64,000 nucleotides of DNA from NCBI GenBank assembly GCA_902770045.1, contig CACXRO010000004.1:7323-71322 (forward strand), in the 5' to 3' direction. Positions 26,506 through 36,933 of this stretch are shown here, piece by piece. The translations under genes were made by a program, and so were the position numbers. The stretch comes from an uncultured bacterium. GTDB lineage: Bacteria > Verrucomicrobiota > Kiritimatiellia > RFP12 > UBA1067. Position 1 is the stretch's first letter. Each line of letters opens with the position of its first letter. Below the pieces are notes generated by a model. It had not been told where the DNA came from. It saw nothing but the letters and a program-made list of their open reading frames with translations, and did no database searches.

Positions 26506-26793
26506 ATGAAAAGAATTCTTGATGGACATGATTTGACTTATTCTCAAATGAATGGATTGTCTTCTCTTTTCGGCGAGCCTGGACGTGCAATGCCTGTTAC
26601 TAATAATAAGTTAAGAGAAACAGGAATGTCAGAGGATGAGGTGGAGGATCTTGTAAATAAAGGATATTTAGAACTTCTTACCAATGGTGATTATCTTTTG
26701 CCTAGAGATACATGTGGGAATGTTATCATATCTAGACTGACGGAGCGGGGAAACGACGAAAGAATTCGACAAATGAATTCAAGAATGTTTTGA
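26506..26793 (+). CDS. Hypothetical small protein (95 aa)
   Basis: AAAGGAAACAAAGC upstream of the ATG. No recognisable domain. Confidence 0.5.
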   Translation: MKRILDGHDLTYSQMNGLSSLFGEPGRAMPVTNNKLRETGMSEDEVEDLVNKGYLELLTNGDYLLPRDTCGNVIISRLTERGNDERIRQMNSRMF

Positions 26794-26941
26794 TCGCTAA
26801 TCTTGTACAAGGAGGTGCAATTTGACACTTCAATCCAAGGCTGTTCGCGAAACAGATTCTTTACTCAGATTCTTTACTCCGACTGGGGGCATGCAAACAA
26901 AAATATAGAGGCGAAAATCTCTAAAAGAAAGAGGAGTTGGA

Positions 26942-27175
26942 ATGAAATTAGTGTCATACTCATATGAATTAGACGGGCACACACATTGTTTGTATGTTGA
27001 TGAGGATTTCGCGGATTCTCTGTTGCCTCCAGAGGTAAAGACAATTACAGCGGGCCGGACAAAGGCGGCGTGTAGTGGGTCTATCAGGTTTGATCCAAAG
27101 GATAAAGAGTCCCTCCAGAAGAAAGGTTATCTGGACACGGGTCACTACTTCATAGAATCAGAGGCGGATTTATAA
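26942..27175 (+). CDS. Hypothetical small protein (77 aa)
   Basis: AGAGGAG SD 6 nt upstream. No recognisable domain. Confidence 0.5.
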   Translation: MKLVSYSYELDGHTHCLYVDEDFADSLLPPEVKTITAGRTKAACSGSIRFDPKDKESLQKKGYLDTGHYFIESEADL

Positions 27176-27181
27176 TGCTTT

Positions 27182-27207
27182 TCCAACTCCGTTCGGCGAA
27201 TGCCGAA
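27182..27207 (+). promoter_or_regulatory. Conserved post-stop hairpin motif, copy 3 (CCAACTCCG-TTCGGC-GAAT-GCCGAA)
   Basis: Perfect 6 bp stem TTCGGC/GCCGAA. The C->T / G->A changes relative to copies 1-2 are compensatory. Confidence 0.55.
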
Positions 27208-27254
27208 TAAGGAGACTAATCTTACAACGACAATAAAAAAAGAAAGAGGTTGGT

Positions 27255-29234
27255 ATGAGCAAGACGAAAACATGCCCTAAATGTGGTGGAAGCGGTATGC
27301 TTGACCATTGTGGACGATGCAATGGGTCTGGCAAGGTGACGTGTAGCACGTGCGGCGGATCAGGAGAAATAAAAGATAGCTGCAGAGCCTGCAATGGGAC
27401 TGGTAAGATTACGAAAACAAGGCTGAAAAATTGCTCTCAGTGTCATGGGGCGGGACAAATATATTTAGACACATATTTAGACCATCGTTGGATCAGCTGT
27501 GGGAAATGCGGTGGAAGCGGACAGGTGGAGGATGAGTACGATGAAGTCTGCCCAAATTGTAATGGAACTGGAGATTTTGGCTCGGGACGAGGATGCTCGG
27601 ACTGCAATGGAACTGGCGAAGTAATCTGTCCAAGCTGTGGTGGCAATGCGCATAAACCGTCCACCTGTGATAGATGTGACGGTTCAGGAGAAGTTGAAGT
27701 ATATACATCTTCCTCATCCTCTTCGTCTGAAGAAGGGAAATGGTGGGAATATGTCCTTGGGCTTCTTATATTGATTGCGCTTTGCTGGGGTGGATGGCGC
27801 GGTTACAAATGGCTATTTGGGGAGCGCGGCGGTAGCGAAGTCATCACGGAAGCCGAGATTATGGAGAAGTGGCAGGAGCATCTCGAAAAGAGGCGTGATG
27901 CTTTTGATGATGGCTTGCCCGAAAAGGAGATCGAAGCAAAGGGGCTAAAAAACTACACTTGGGACGAGTGGCAGGAGAAGTTCAAGAAGGAGCATGAAGC
28001 ACCGGCGAAGCAAGAGGGTTCTGACAAAACAAGGGCGCAGGAAATTGGCGAGCAGGCACTTTCCACGGCAAAAGATCTTGGCGACAAGGCGAAAGGGTTG
28101 TGGCAAAGTATCACAGCCAAGGAAGAGAAGGATCCAGAAGCCGAACTGAAAAGACTCAATGCGCGTCTTGCGGAGTTGGAGGGTCGCAGCAATAGTGGTG
28201 AGACGACTGATGTGGAGAACATCGGAGAAAAATATAGAGAGCATCAACGGAAGCGAAGCGAATTGCTTATGAGCGGGCTTACTGATAGGCAACTTGACGC
28301 GATGGGGTATGCTGACTATACTTACAATGGGTTTAAAAAGAACTACAAGAATATAAAATACAAGACACTGGAAGAGATTCGGCAGGACAGTGAGTCTTCT
28401 GCAAGGCCTGTTGTGGTTCCAGAGAAGACAGCGGAGCCAAAAGATGCAACGTCGAGCACAACGGCTGAGGCGGTAGCGAGGGCGAAGGTGGCTGCCGAGG
28501 ACAAGTCCAAGGCGGAGGCAGAGGCGAGGGCCAAGGCCGAGGCAGAGGCAAAACGACTTGCTGAGAAGTTGGCGCGCAAGGAAGCCGAAGAGAAGGCACG
28601 GGCCGAAGAGCAGGCAAGGGCGAAGAAAAAGGCAGAAGCCAAGGCTAAGGCTGAGGCAGAGGCGAGGGCTAGAGCAGAAGCCGAGGCAAAACGACTTGCT
28701 GAAGAATTGGCGCGCAAGGAAGCCGAAGAGAAGGCGCGGGCCAGAGAGGAAGCACGTGCAAAAATCCAGGCGGAAGATAGGGCTAAAGCTGAAGCTGAGG
28801 CGAAAGCTCGTGCCACGGCGGAGGCTATCGCAAAGGCGGAAGTAAATGCGGATGCCTCTGTCGAACCTGAAGGTTCTGCAGTTGGACAGCAAGACGGTGA
28901 TATGCATAAAGCATCAAAGGATTCGAAAGGTATACGTATCGTAGTCCAGGGAAAGGGCAAGACGAAGGATGCTGCGGTGCGCTGGGCAATTCGTGATGCG
29001 GTGTGGAAAACCGTCGGCAAATGGGTGGATTCAAAGGCTCGGATTCAGGAGAATCATGACAAGGTTGTTGCCCAGGTGAAGACAATCACCGAAGCCGACG
29101 TTGCCAAGTTTGAGGTGATGGACACTCAGATGCAGGACGGCGGTTTTGTCGTCAAGGTGAGAGTCTCTGTCTCGAAGAAGAAGATCGCGCCGAAGTTTGC
29201 GGAAATCTTCCCTGATGTGTTTGGCAATGAATAA
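27255..29234 (+). CDS. Protein with ten DnaJ-type CxxCxGxG zinc-finger motifs, one TM helix, a long Ala/Glu/Lys coiled coil and a C-terminal alpha/beta domain
   Basis: [78 protein letters not shown]. Poly-Ser, then [21 protein letters not shown]. TolA-like [18 protein letters not shown] repeats. The C-terminus [29 protein letters not shown].. is tentatively LPP20-like. Confidence 0.75.
   Translation: MSKTKTCPKCGGSGMLDHCGRCNGSGKVTCSTCGGSGEIKDSCRACNGTGKITKTRLKNCSQCHGAGQIYLDTYLDHRWISCGKCGGSGQVEDEYDEVCPNCNGTGDFGSGRGCSDCNGTGEVICPSCGGNAHKPSTCDRCDGSGEVEVYTSSSSSSSEEGKWWEYVLGLLILIALCWGGWRGYKWLFGERGGSEVITEAEIMEKWQEHLEKRRDAFDDGLPEKEIEAKGLKNYTWDEWQEKFKKEHEAPAKQEGSDKTRAQEIGEQALSTAKDLGDKAKGLWQSITAKEEKDPEAELKRLNARLAELEGRSNSGETTDVENIGEKYREHQRKRSELLMSGLTDRQLDAMGYADYTYNGFKKNYKNIKYKTLEEIRQDSESSARPVVVPEKTAEPKDATSSTTAEAVARAKVAAEDKSKAEAEARAKAEAEAKRLAEKLARKEAEEKARAEEQARAKKKAEAKAKAEAEARARAEAEAKRLAEELARKEAEEKARAREEARAKIQAEDRAKAEAEAKARATAEAIAKAEVNADASVEPEGSAVGQQDGDMHKASKDSKGIRIVVQGKGKTKDAAVRWAIRDAVWKTVGKWVDSKARIQENHDKVVAQVKTITEADVAKFEVMDTQMQDGGFVVKVRVSVSKKKIAPKFAEIFPDVFGNE
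28512..28787 (+). repeat. Tandem ~138 nt duplication inside the coiled-coil coding region
   Basis: [38 protein letters not shown].. is repeated as [38 protein letters not shown]... The copies start at 28512 and 28650. Confidence 0.85.
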
Positions 29235-29268
29235 TAAAAGTAGTGAATGAGAAAAGGAGTTGAATAAA

Positions 29269-29676
29269 ATGAAAAAGCTGATTAAAGGTGTTGTACTCAT
29301 TGTCGCGGCGATTCTGATGCTCGGCATCGTTGGATGCGGAGACGGAGATTCGGCGGACAGCATCGCGGAAAAGTGTGTTGATTGCTTAAAGGAGGCAGAC
29401 TTCGACGGCATGCGGCAGATGTCAACGGGCGGCATGATTCAGTGGATAGACGTTGCCGAACGGAAATACGACGAAATCGCCAGATTGCTAGGCGAGAAGA
29501 CTGCGTCCAAGTTCAGGGAGACATACGACGAATTGAAATACGAGCTTGGTGGCGTCCCTGACGGTGACACCAAGGTGATTGTGCCAGTCAGGATCAACGG
29601 ACAGGATACGCCGATGACTCTCATCAAGCTGGGCGGCAAGTGGAGAATCGAGAAGTTCGACTTCCCGATCATATAG
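29269..29676 (+). CDS. Small lipoprotein (DUF4878-like)
   Basis: AAGGAG SD 9 nt upstream. Lipobox LGIVGCG. The ending KLGGKWRIEKFDF is typical of small NTF2/cystatin-like lipoproteins. Confidence 0.65.
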   Translation: MKKLIKGVVLIVAAILMLGIVGCGDGDSADSIAEKCVDCLKEADFDGMRQMSTGGMIQWIDVAERKYDEIARLLGEKTASKFRETYDELKYELGGVPDGDTKVIVPVRINGQDTPMTLIKLGGKWRIEKFDFPII

Positions 29677-29690
29677 GCCATTTCTGCATT

Positions 29691-29728
29691 GCGCGGGGAC
29701 AGTTCCTTTGAACGGGACTGTCCTGCGC
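29691..29728 (+). terminator. Terminator-like stem-loop after the lipoprotein gene
   Basis: GCGCGGGGACAGT ... ACTGTCCTGCGC (about 11 bp, one bulge). No clear U-tract. Confidence 0.35.
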
Positions 29729-29731
29729 ATT

Positions 29732-29764
29732 GTTCAAAAGTTGAAAAGGTATATTTGAAAGGGG
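29732..29764. repeat. GTTGAAAG-type octamer repeats (internal island copy)
   Basis: gttcaaaagttgaaaaggtatatttgaaagggg. Same orientation as the right-flank copy. Confidence 0.6.
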
Positions 29765-29778
29765 ATAAGGTTCGATAG

Positions 29779-31575
29779 TTGGCAAGCAAATGCGACAAAT
29801 GCGGGAAACTCGTTCCTGACGGTGAGGCGTCTTGTCCCCATTGCGGAACGAAGATCGAAATGGACAATCTTGCAGTAGGTTGTCTTTTCGTGCTTGGTTT
29901 GATTGGCCTTCTCTATCTTATTTTTAAACATTGGCAAGTGATCATTCTTGTTGCCGCTGTTTTGCTTGTTGCGGGGATATGCTATGCTGTCATAAAAAGC
30001 ACTAAAAGTGAAGACGGCAATGATGAAAACCCAGGGGAAGGTGCGGATAAGGAAGGTCAAAGCACAGAGCCCGATAAGGTTGACGAAAGCGGCTCGTCGG
30101 CATGGCCTGAATTCGCTTCCGAGGTTGTAGAGGCGTCTGAAAGCCTGTATTCGGCCTTGTTGAAGATGTCGGGCGACGCGCCTTTTATCGCTACATTGGA
30201 AGCGACTGACTGGTTGGATTTGGGCGGCGAATGGTCGATGAACAACCGTTTGTGCGCACTTGCGCAAATCGACATGTTCAACGTCCTGAGGTTGCTCGGG
30301 CATGATGACATCGAGGAGAGCAAGGAGGGCTTGGCTTGCGCCTACATCGTGACCCGACTGAGTGCGGCAGCCGGTCAGAACATTGATACCTTCACTGCTG
30401 GATACAAGACCAATGAGTCCATGGCAAGGCAATTGGCTAAGATTGCTGAAGAGACAAGGCGTGTTCTCAGTCCGCTGATGGAGAGATGGCGTTCTTCCGT
30501 TCCAAGCGAGAAGAGTTTCTATTCTGCGGTGGTTACATTCTTTGTCGCGAAATGCAATCAGCCGGAGTTGTCGCTAAACTATTTGCGTTCGCTATATCAA
30601 TGGGCTTCTGTGATTGCGAAGGCCGATGGTTCGGTCAGTGATGCCGAGGCAAAGAGCCTTGCGGCAATCATGAAAGCGCATGATGCGGCTAAATCGCCTG
30701 TCGGGAGAACAAGTGTTTCGGGCGGCGAGACGGGCGCGACAGAGAAATGCCAGGCGACGTCTTTTGCGCGAGACGAAGATCCATTCCAGAAACTTGAAGC
30801 GTTGATTGGACTCGCGCCGGTAAAGAACGAGATTATGGCGCTTGCGAATTTCGTTAAGATACAAAAGCAGCGAGTCGATGCCGGCATGAAGGCGGTGCCT
30901 GTTTCATACCATTGTGTTTTTACGGGGAATCCAGGAACCGGGAAGACCACGGTCGCCCGTATCGTCGCCGGGATATACAGGGATTTGGGCGTGCTTGCAA
31001 AAGGCCATCTTGTGGAGACGGATAGGTCGGGACTTGTTGCGGAATATGTCGGTCAGACAGCCGTCAAGACCAACAAAGTGATTGACAATGCGATAGATGG
31101 CGTCCTTTTTATAGACGAAGCATATACGCTTGCTCAAGCCGGGGGGAATGATTTTGGGATGGAGGCTATCGCCACTTTGCTCAAACGCATGGAAGACGAC
31201 CGCTCCAGGCTCGTTGTGATCCTCGCCGGTTATTCTGGCGAGATGGAAACATTCATAGAAGCCAATCCCGGGTTGCGGTCGCGATTCAACAGGTACATAG
31301 ATTTCCCCGACTATAGTGCGGAAGAACTTGTTCAGATATTCATGTCTTTGGCTGAATCCAACGAGTATGACTGCGACGATAGTCTTGCATCGGAGATTCA
31401 CAAGGTTATGGTTAAAACTATCAGGCAGGAAGACGAGAATTTTGGCAATGCCAGATTTGTCCGGAACCTTTTCGAGAAAAGCATCCAGAAGCAAGCGATC
31501 CGTCTTTCAAAGGTTGCGCCCATCACGAACAAGATGCTTCGAACACTTACTGCCGATGATTTACCCTCAGTATAA
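29779..31575 (+). CDS. Zinc-ribbon / 2-TM / TerB-like / AAA+ ATPase (CbbX-SpoVK-type)
   Basis: CDKCG..CPHCG. Two TM helices. [30 protein letters not shown] is a TerB-like motif. AAA+ motifs: Walker [10 protein letters not shown], Walker [27 protein letters not shown] start. Confidence 0.8.
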   Translation: MASKCDKCGKLVPDGEASCPHCGTKIEMDNLAVGCLFVLGLIGLLYLIFKHWQVIILVAAVLLVAGICYAVIKSTKSEDGNDENPGEGADKEGQSTEPDKVDESGSSAWPEFASEVVEASESLYSALLKMSGDAPFIATLEATDWLDLGGEWSMNNRLCALAQIDMFNVLRLLGHDDIEESKEGLACAYIVTRLSAAAGQNIDTFTAGYKTNESMARQLAKIAEETRRVLSPLMERWRSSVPSEKSFYSAVVTFFVAKCNQPELSLNYLRSLYQWASVIAKADGSVSDAEAKSLAAIMKAHDAAKSPVGRTSVSGGETGATEKCQATSFARDEDPFQKLEALIGLAPVKNEIMALANFVKIQKQRVDAGMKAVPVSYHCVFTGNPGTGKTTVARIVAGIYRDLGVLAKGHLVETDRSGLVAEYVGQTAVKTNKVIDNAIDGVLFIDEAYTLAQAGGNDFGMEAIATLLKRMEDDRSRLVVILAGYSGEMETFIEANPGLRSRFNRYIDFPDYSAEELVQIFMSLAESNEYDCDDSLASEIHKVMVKTIRQEDENFGNARFVRNLFEKSIQKQAIRLSKVAPITNKMLRTLTADDLPSV

Positions 31576-31736
31576 TGAGCAGCAGCTCCAGGGGTTCGCG
31601 CGCATTTGCGTCAACCCGTAGTTCTTCCTGTCGAAAAAGTACAATAGGCAAAAAGGGACAGACCCACCTATATATGTTTTACTGTATATGCTTGACGGCG
31701 GGGAGGCGATGTAAAAGTTCCGCGGCAGATAAACAG

Positions 31737-31775
31737 GTTGAAAAGTTGGGCTATTCCGGTTGAAAAGTTGAAAGG
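31737..31775. repeat. Right island-flank repeat: GGTTGAAAAGTTG ... GGTTGAAAAGTTGAAAGG
   Basis: Inverted relative to 23596-23620. G+C rises again immediately to the right. Confidence 0.75.
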
Positions 31776-31904
31776 CTACCGGCAGGATCAGGCCGGAACT
31801 GCACTCCTCTGGCTGTGCGCCGCGGCTCTACCCGCGCTCCATCCGCAACGACGAGAATTCCGCCGCGTACCTGGTGACGCTGGAGCGCTGAGACTGGGCC
31901 TGCG

Positions 31905-34900
31905 TCAAGCCCGCGCCGCGTGCCACTCCTGCAGCGAGCGGGGCGGCACGGCTTTCGACGAGGCGGTTGCCGCCATGCCGCGCACCGCCTCGGCGAAGCC
32001 GGCGAGCGTCGTCGTGACCGGAACACCCGCGAGCGTCGCTGCCGTGCGTATCTTGACGCTGTCGTGCGCGGCGCTTTCGCCGTCCTCGCGCGTGTTGACG
32101 ATCCACTTCACCTTGCCGCGCCGGATGAGGTCGAGCGTGTTGGGGCTGCCGAGCGGAATCTTGTAGAGGGCGTTCGATTCGATGCCGGCTTTCCAGAGCG
32201 CCGTGGAAGTGCCGCGGGTCGCCCAGATCTCGTAGCCGAGCTTGTCCAGCGTCTTGGCGAGCTCAACGACCTCGGCCTTGTCTTCGTCGCGGATGCAGAG
32301 GACGATTCCGCCATGCCCCGGCAGCGGCAGCGGGCTCCCCGCCGCGATCTGGCTCTTGTAGTAGGCCGTCGCCGCGTCCGCGCCGAACGCCATCACCTCG
32401 CCGGTCGACTTCATCTCCGGCGTCAGCGTGATGTCCGCGCCCGGGAACTTCACGAACGGGAACACCGCCTCCTTGGCGCAGAAATATGGTTTGGTAGTTT
32501 GGTGGTTAGGTGGTTTGGTGGTTTGGTGGTTAGGTGGTTGGGTGGTTAGGTGGTTGGGTGGTTGGGTGTGTAGCCGCTCTCCGACCATGCACCTTGCGGC
32601 GGTGCCGGCGAGCGACCAGCCGACCGCCTTCGAGACAAATGGCACGGTGCGCGAGGCGCGCGGGTTCACTTCGATCATCCACACCTCGCCGTCCTTGACC
32701 GCCAGCTGGATGTTCATGAGCCCGCAGACGTTGAGCTTCTCCGCGAAAGTGCGCGCGATGCGCTCGACCTCGGCGATCGTCTTCGCCGAGAGCGACACCG
32801 GCGGCGTGACCGCGGCGGCGTCGCCGGAGTGGCATCCCGCAGCCTCGACGTGCTCGAGGATCGCGCCGACGACGCAGGTCTTGCCGTCCGCGACGCAGTC
32901 GACGTCGAGCTCGATTGCGTGGGTGAGGAACTTGTCGATGAGGATGGGGCGGCCTTCCGAGATCTTTACCGCCGCCTCGACGTATTCCCGGAGCCGGTCC
33001 TCGTGGTAGACGATCGCCATGCCGCGTCCGCCGAGGACGAAGCTCGGGCGCACGAGGATGGGATAGCCGATCTCCCCGGCGATCTTCAGGGCGTCCTCGA
33101 CGGAGTGGGCGATTCCGCTCGGCGGCTGCTTCACGCCCACCTCGTTGACGAGGGCGCGGAAGAAGTCGCGGTCCTCGGCGAGCGCGATGTCGTGGGGCGA
33201 CGTTCCGAGGACGTTCACGCCTGCCTCGGCGAGGCGCTCGGCGAGGTTGAGCGGGGTCTGGCCGCCGAACTGGACGATCGCGCCATCGCACCGCTCGCGC
33301 TCGTAGATCTCCATCACGTCCTCGAAGGTGAGCGGCTCGAAGTAGAGCCTGTCGGAGGTGTCGTAGTCGGTCGAGACGGTCTCGGGGTTGGAGTTGACCA
33401 TCACCACCTCGATGCCCATCTTGCGGAGCGCGAAAGCCGCGTGGCAGCAGCACCAGTCGAACTCGATTCCCTGGCCGATGCGGTTCGGCCCGCCGCCGAG
33501 GACCATGATTTTATGTTTCTGCCGCAAAGTACGCAAAGAGCGCAAAGGACGTTCTGTCTTTGCGTTCTCTGCGTTCTCTGCGGCTAACGAATAATATGAA
33601 TAATAATACGGCGTTTTGGCTTCGAATTCGCCGGCGCAGGTGTCGACTTCGCCGAACTCGGGGCGGATGCCAAGGGCAAGGCGATTCTTCCGCACCGTAA
33701 TCTCGTCGGTGCCGATCGCCGCGGCGATCTCCTTGTCGCTGAAGCCGAACGCCTTCGCCTGACGAAGGACTTCGGGCCTTAGCATATTTGTGTTTTTGCC
33801 GCAAAGATCGCAAAGGTCGCAAAGTGGTTCAGGGTGAGTGGAGTCTGAACTTGTCTTTGCGTTCTCTGCGTTCTTTGCGGCTAAAAAATGGCCACCAAGA
33901 TATTCCCTGAAAGCTTCGATTTCATCGAGCTCGCGCTTGAACCACGGGTCGAAGCCCGACGCGTCGTGTCCCGCGAGCGGCGCCTCCAGCGACCTGACCG
34001 CCTTCAGGTATGCCTGCTTGAAGGTGCGGCCGATGGCCATCGCCTCGCCGACGGACTTCATCTGGGTGCCGAGGCGCCTGTCGGCGCCCGGGAACTTCTC
34101 GAAGGTGAAGCGCGGCACTTTTACGACCACGTAGTCGAGCGCGGGCTCGAAGCAGGTCGGAGTCACCTGGGTTATGTCGTTCTTGAGCTCGTCGAGCGTG
34201 TAGCCGACGGCGAGGAGCGCGGCGATCTTGGCGATCGGGAAGCCAGTCGCCTTCGACGCGAGCGCGGACGAGCGCGAGACGCGCGGGTTCATCTCGATGA
34301 TGATGCGCCGGCCGGTCTTCGGGTTGACCGCCCACTGCACGTTGGAGCCGCCGGTCTCGATGCCAATCTTCTCGAGAACGCGGATGGAGTCGTCGCGCAT
34401 CGCCTGGTATTCGCGGTCGGTCAGCGTCTGGATCGGCGCGACGGTGATCGAGTCGCCGGTGTGGACGCCCATCGGATCCATGTTCTCGATGGAGCAGACG
34501 ATCACGGCGTTCCCCGCCTTGTCGCGCATCACCTCCATTTCGAATTCCTTCCAGCCGATGAGCGACTCCTCGATCAGCACCTCGTGGTTGAGCGACGCCT
34601 CCAGGCCGCGCGAGACGATCTCGCGGAACTCGCCCTCGTCGTGCGCGATGCCACCGCCGGTGCCGCCGAGGGTGAAGCCGGGGCGGATGATGAGCGGCCA
34701 CGAGCCGATCTCCGCCGCGATCCGCTGCGCCTCCTCCGGCGAATGGGCGCTCCCCGACTTCGGCATGTCGAGTCCGAGCTCCGACATGGCGGCCTTGAAG
34801 AGGTTGCGGTCCTCGGCGCGCGCGATGGCCTCGGCGTTCGCGCCGATCATCTCGACGCCGCATTCGGCGAGGACGCCGGACTTCGCCAGCCCCGTTGCCA

Positions 34901-35189
34901 CGTTGAGCGCGGTCTGTCCGCCAAGCGTCGGGAGCAGCGCGTCCGGGCGCTCCTTGCGGATGATCGCGGCGACGGAGTCGACGGTCAGCGGCTCGATGTA
35001 GGTCGCCTCGGCCATTTCCGGGTCGGTCATCACCGTCGCCGGATTGGAGTTCGCGAGGACGATTTCGAATCCCTCGCGCCGCAGCGCCTTCACCGCCTGG
35101 CAGCCCGAGTAGTCGAACTCGCAGCCCTGGCCGATGACGATCGGACCGGAGCCGATGATCAATATCTTTTTCAGGTCGGTGCGCTTCAT
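31905..35189 (-). CDS. carB: Carbamoyl-phosphate synthase large subunit (with three in-frame repeat insertions)
   Basis: [29 protein letters not shown].., second ATP-grasp half [22 protein letters not shown].., MGS-like C-terminus. ATGA overlap with the pyrG stop. Confidence 0.93.
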   Translation of the reverse strand: MKRTDLKKILIIGSGPIVIGQGCEFDYSGCQAVKALRREGFEIVLANSNPATVMTDPEMAEATYIEPLTVDSVAAIIRKERPDALLPTLGGQTALNVATGLAKSGVLAECGVEMIGANAEAIARAEDRNLFKAAMSELGLDMPKSGSAHSPEEAQRIAAEIGSWPLIIRPGFTLGGTGGGIAHDEGEFREIVSRGLEASLNHEVLIEESLIGWKEFEMEVMRDKAGNAVIVCSIENMDPMGVHTGDSITVAPIQTLTDREYQAMRDDSIRVLEKIGIETGGSNVQWAVNPKTGRRIIIEMNPRVSRSSALASKATGFPIAKIAALLAVGYTLDELKNDITQVTPTCFEPALDYVVVKVPRFTFEKFPGADRRLGTQMKSVGEAMAIGRTFKQAYLKAVRSLEAPLAGHDASGFDPWFKRELDEIEAFREYLGGHFLAAKNAENAKTSSDSTHPEPLCDLCDLCGKNTNMLRPEVLRQAKAFGFSDKEIAAAIGTDEITVRKNRLALGIRPEFGEVDTCAGEFEAKTPYYYSYYSLAAENAENAKTERPLRSLRTLRQKHKIMVLGGGPNRIGQGIEFDWCCCHAAFALRKMGIEVVMVNSNPETVSTDYDTSDRLYFEPLTFEDVMEIYERERCDGAIVQFGGQTPLNLAERLAEAGVNVLGTSPHDIALAEDRDFFRALVNEVGVKQPPSGIAHSVEDALKIAGEIGYPILVRPSFVLGGRGMAIVYHEDRLREYVEAAVKISEGRPILIDKFLTHAIELDVDCVADGKTCVVGAILEHVEAAGCHSGDAAAVTPPVSLSAKTIAEVERIARTFAEKLNVCGLMNIQLAVKDGEVWMIEVNPRASRTVPFVSKAVGWSLAGTAARCMVGERLHTQPPNHLTTQPPNHQTTKPPNHQTTKPYFCAKEAVFPFVKFPGADITLTPEMKSTGEVMAFGADAATAYYKSQIAAGSPLPLPGHGGIVLCIRDEDKAEVVELAKTLDKLGYEIWATRGTSTALWKAGIESNALYKIPLGSPNTLDLIRRGKVKWIVNTREDGESAAHDSVKIRTAATLAGVPVTTTLAGFAEAVRGMAATASSKAVPPRSLQEWHAARA
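32488..32568. repeat. GGTTAGGT/GGTTGGGT/GGTTTGGT octamer array (about 10 units) in frame in carB
   Basis: Translated on the minus strand as [28 protein letters not shown]. Confidence 0.9.
33519..33586. repeat. CGCAAAG nonamer hairpin element in frame in carB
   Basis: ctgccgcaaagtacgcaaagagcgcaaagg-acgttctg-tctttgcgttctctgcgttctctgcggc. Translated as [24 protein letters not shown], just before the conserved [13 protein letters not shown]. Confidence 0.9.
33796..33883. repeat. CGCAAAG nonamer hairpin element in frame in carB
   Basis: ttgccgcaaagatcgcaaaggtcgcaaag-(30 nt loop)-ctttgcgttctctgcgttctttgcggcta. Translated as [30 protein letters not shown]. Confidence 0.9.
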
Positions 35190-36922
35190 TTCCGCTTCCT
35201 GCCTTTCAGCGCCGCCGCGACGAGGCCGAGGAAGAGCGGGTGCGGGGCGGTGGGGCGGCTCTTGAACTCGGGGTGAAACTGGCCGGCGATGAAGTACGGG
35301 TGCGACGGCAGTTCGACGATCTCCACGAGCTTGCCGTCGGGCGAAAGGCCGCTTACCTTGAGCCCGGCCGCCTCGAGCCTTTCGCACGCCTCGCTGTCGT
35401 AGGCGAGCTCGTAGCGGTGGCGGTGTCGCTCGGAGATTGTCAATGTTCCATTTTTAGCCACAAAGGACACAGAGTTCACAGAGTCTTTGTGCTCTTTGTG
35501 TTCTTTGTGGCTATAGAGTTTATCGGCGAGAGTGCCGCGCTTGATGACGCAGGGATAGGCGCCGAGGCGCATGGTGCCGCCTTTCTGGGTGATGCCGCGC
35601 TGTTCCTCCATGAGGTCGATGACCGGATGCGTTGTGTGCTCGTCGAACTCCGTCGAGTTGGCGTCCGCCCATCCGAGCACATCGCGGGCGTATTCGATCA
35701 CCGTGCACTGCATGCCAAGGCAGATGCCAAGGAAGGGGATCTTGTGCTCGCGCGCGTACTTGATCGCCGCGATCTTGCCCTCGACGCCTCTTGATCCAAA
35801 GCCCCCCGGAACCAGAATGCCGTCGATGTTTGATAATTTTTTGCCACAAAGATCACAAAGGCCACAAAGTCTTTTCCCGCTCTTTGCGTTCTCTGTGTTC
35901 TTTGTGGCTAAAAGTTCTTCCGATTCGATCGGCACGACCACCACCTTGCAGTCGTTCGCCATGCCGGCGTGCTGCAGCGCCTCGTGGATCGACTTGTAGG
36001 CGTCGCGGATGGCGATGTACTTGCCGACGAGCGCGATGCGGCAGTGCTTCTTCGGCTGCGTCGCCTTCCTGACGAGCGTGTCCCAGACGGTGTGCTTCAC
36101 CGGCCAGATGTCGAGGTGGAGCTGCCGCAGGACCTGCTCGTCGAGTCCCTGCTTCCTGAGCTCCCGCGGCACCGCATAGACCGAGTCGGTCACGTCCTGC
36201 TCCTCGATCACGCACTCGGGCCTCACGTTGCAGAAGAGGGCCAGCTTTTGCTTGTGCTCCTCGGGAATCGGCATCTCCGTGCGGCAGACGAGGATGTCGG
36301 GGATGATGCCGATGTTGCGGAGCTGTCCCACCGAGTGCTGCGACGGCTTGGTCTTGAGCTCGCCCGCGGCCTTCAGGTAGGGGACGAGCGTCAGGTGCAC
36401 GAAGCAGGTGTTCTCGATGCCCTCCTCGAAGCGGAACTGCCGCGCCGCCTCGAGGAAGGGGAGCGACTCGATGTCGCCGGAGACGCCTCCGATCTCGCAG
36501 AGGACGATGTCGCAGTCGTGGTTGCCGGCGTCGTGGATCGCCGCCTTGATCTCGTCGGTGATGTGCGGGACGACCTGCACCGTACCGCCGAGGTACCCGC
36601 CCGCGCGCTCGCGCGCGAGGACGGCGGAGTAGATGCGGCCCGAGGTGTAGTTGGACGCCTTGGTGCAGGTGACGCCGGCGAAGCGCTCGTAGTGGCCGAG
36701 GTCGAGGTCGGTCTCCGCGCCGTCGTCGGTCACGAACACCTCGCCGTGCTGGTAGGGCGACATAGTGCCGGGGTCGACGTTGAGGTACGGGTCGAGCTTC
36801 TGCATGAAGACCTTGTAGCCGCGCGACTTGAGAAGCAGCGCGAGCGAAGCCGAGGTGATTCCCTTGCCGAGCGAGCTCACGACGCCGCCTGTGATGAACA
36901 CGTATTTGACTTGCTTTTTCAT
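35186..36922 (-). CDS. pyrG: CTP synthase (with two in-frame repeat insertions)
   Basis: [55 protein letters not shown]. Confidence 0.93.
   Translation of the reverse strand: MKKQVKYVFITGGVVSSLGKGITSASLALLLKSRGYKVFMQKLDPYLNVDPGTMSPYQHGEVFVTDDGAETDLDLGHYERFAGVTCTKASNYTSGRIYSAVLARERAGGYLGGTVQVVPHITDEIKAAIHDAGNHDCDIVLCEIGGVSGDIESLPFLEAARQFRFEEGIENTCFVHLTLVPYLKAAGELKTKPSQHSVGQLRNIGIIPDILVCRTEMPIPEEHKQKLALFCNVRPECVIEEQDVTDSVYAVPRELRKQGLDEQVLRQLHLDIWPVKHTVWDTLVRKATQPKKHCRIALVGKYIAIRDAYKSIHEALQHAGMANDCKVVVVPIESEELLATKNTENAKSGKRLCGLCDLCGKKLSNIDGILVPGGFGSRGVEGKIAAIKYAREHKIPFLGICLGMQCTVIEYARDVLGWADANSTEFDEHTTHPVIDLMEEQRGITQKGGTMRLGAYPCVIKRGTLADKLYSHKEHKEHKDSVNSVSFVAKNGTLTISERHRHRYELAYDSEACERLEAAGLKVSGLSPDGKLVEIVELPSHPYFIAGQFHPEFKSRPTAPHPLFLGLVAAALKGRKRK
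35455..35513. repeat. CACAAAG nonamer hairpin element in frame in pyrG
   Basis: tagccacaaaggacacagagttcacagag-tctttgtgctctttgtgttctttgtggcta. Translated as [22 protein letters not shown]. Confidence 0.9.
35841..35910. repeat. CACAAAG/CGCAAAG nonamer hairpin element in frame in pyrG
   Basis: ttgccacaaagatcacaaaggccacaaag-tcttttcccg-ctctttgcgttctctgtgttctttgtggcta. Translated as [24 protein letters not shown]. Confidence 0.9.
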
Positions 36923-36933
36923 GGCTGTTGTTT

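Noticed and set aside
25811-27207. Integron gene-cassette array, because small promoterless ORFs are separated by imperfect palindromes (possible attC sites).
   Set aside because: No intI integrase or attI is present. The motif is only about 26 nt, with no R''/L''-L'/R' organisation or GTTRRRY core, and it is absent after two of the small ORFs.
33519-33883. In-frame inserts as inteins, introns or programmed recoding sites.
   Set aside because: At 10-30 codons they are far too short for inteins and lack the Cys/Ser...His-Asn splice junctions. No group I/II intron features are present. The reading frame is continuous through them, so simple read-through translation is the parsimonious interpretation.
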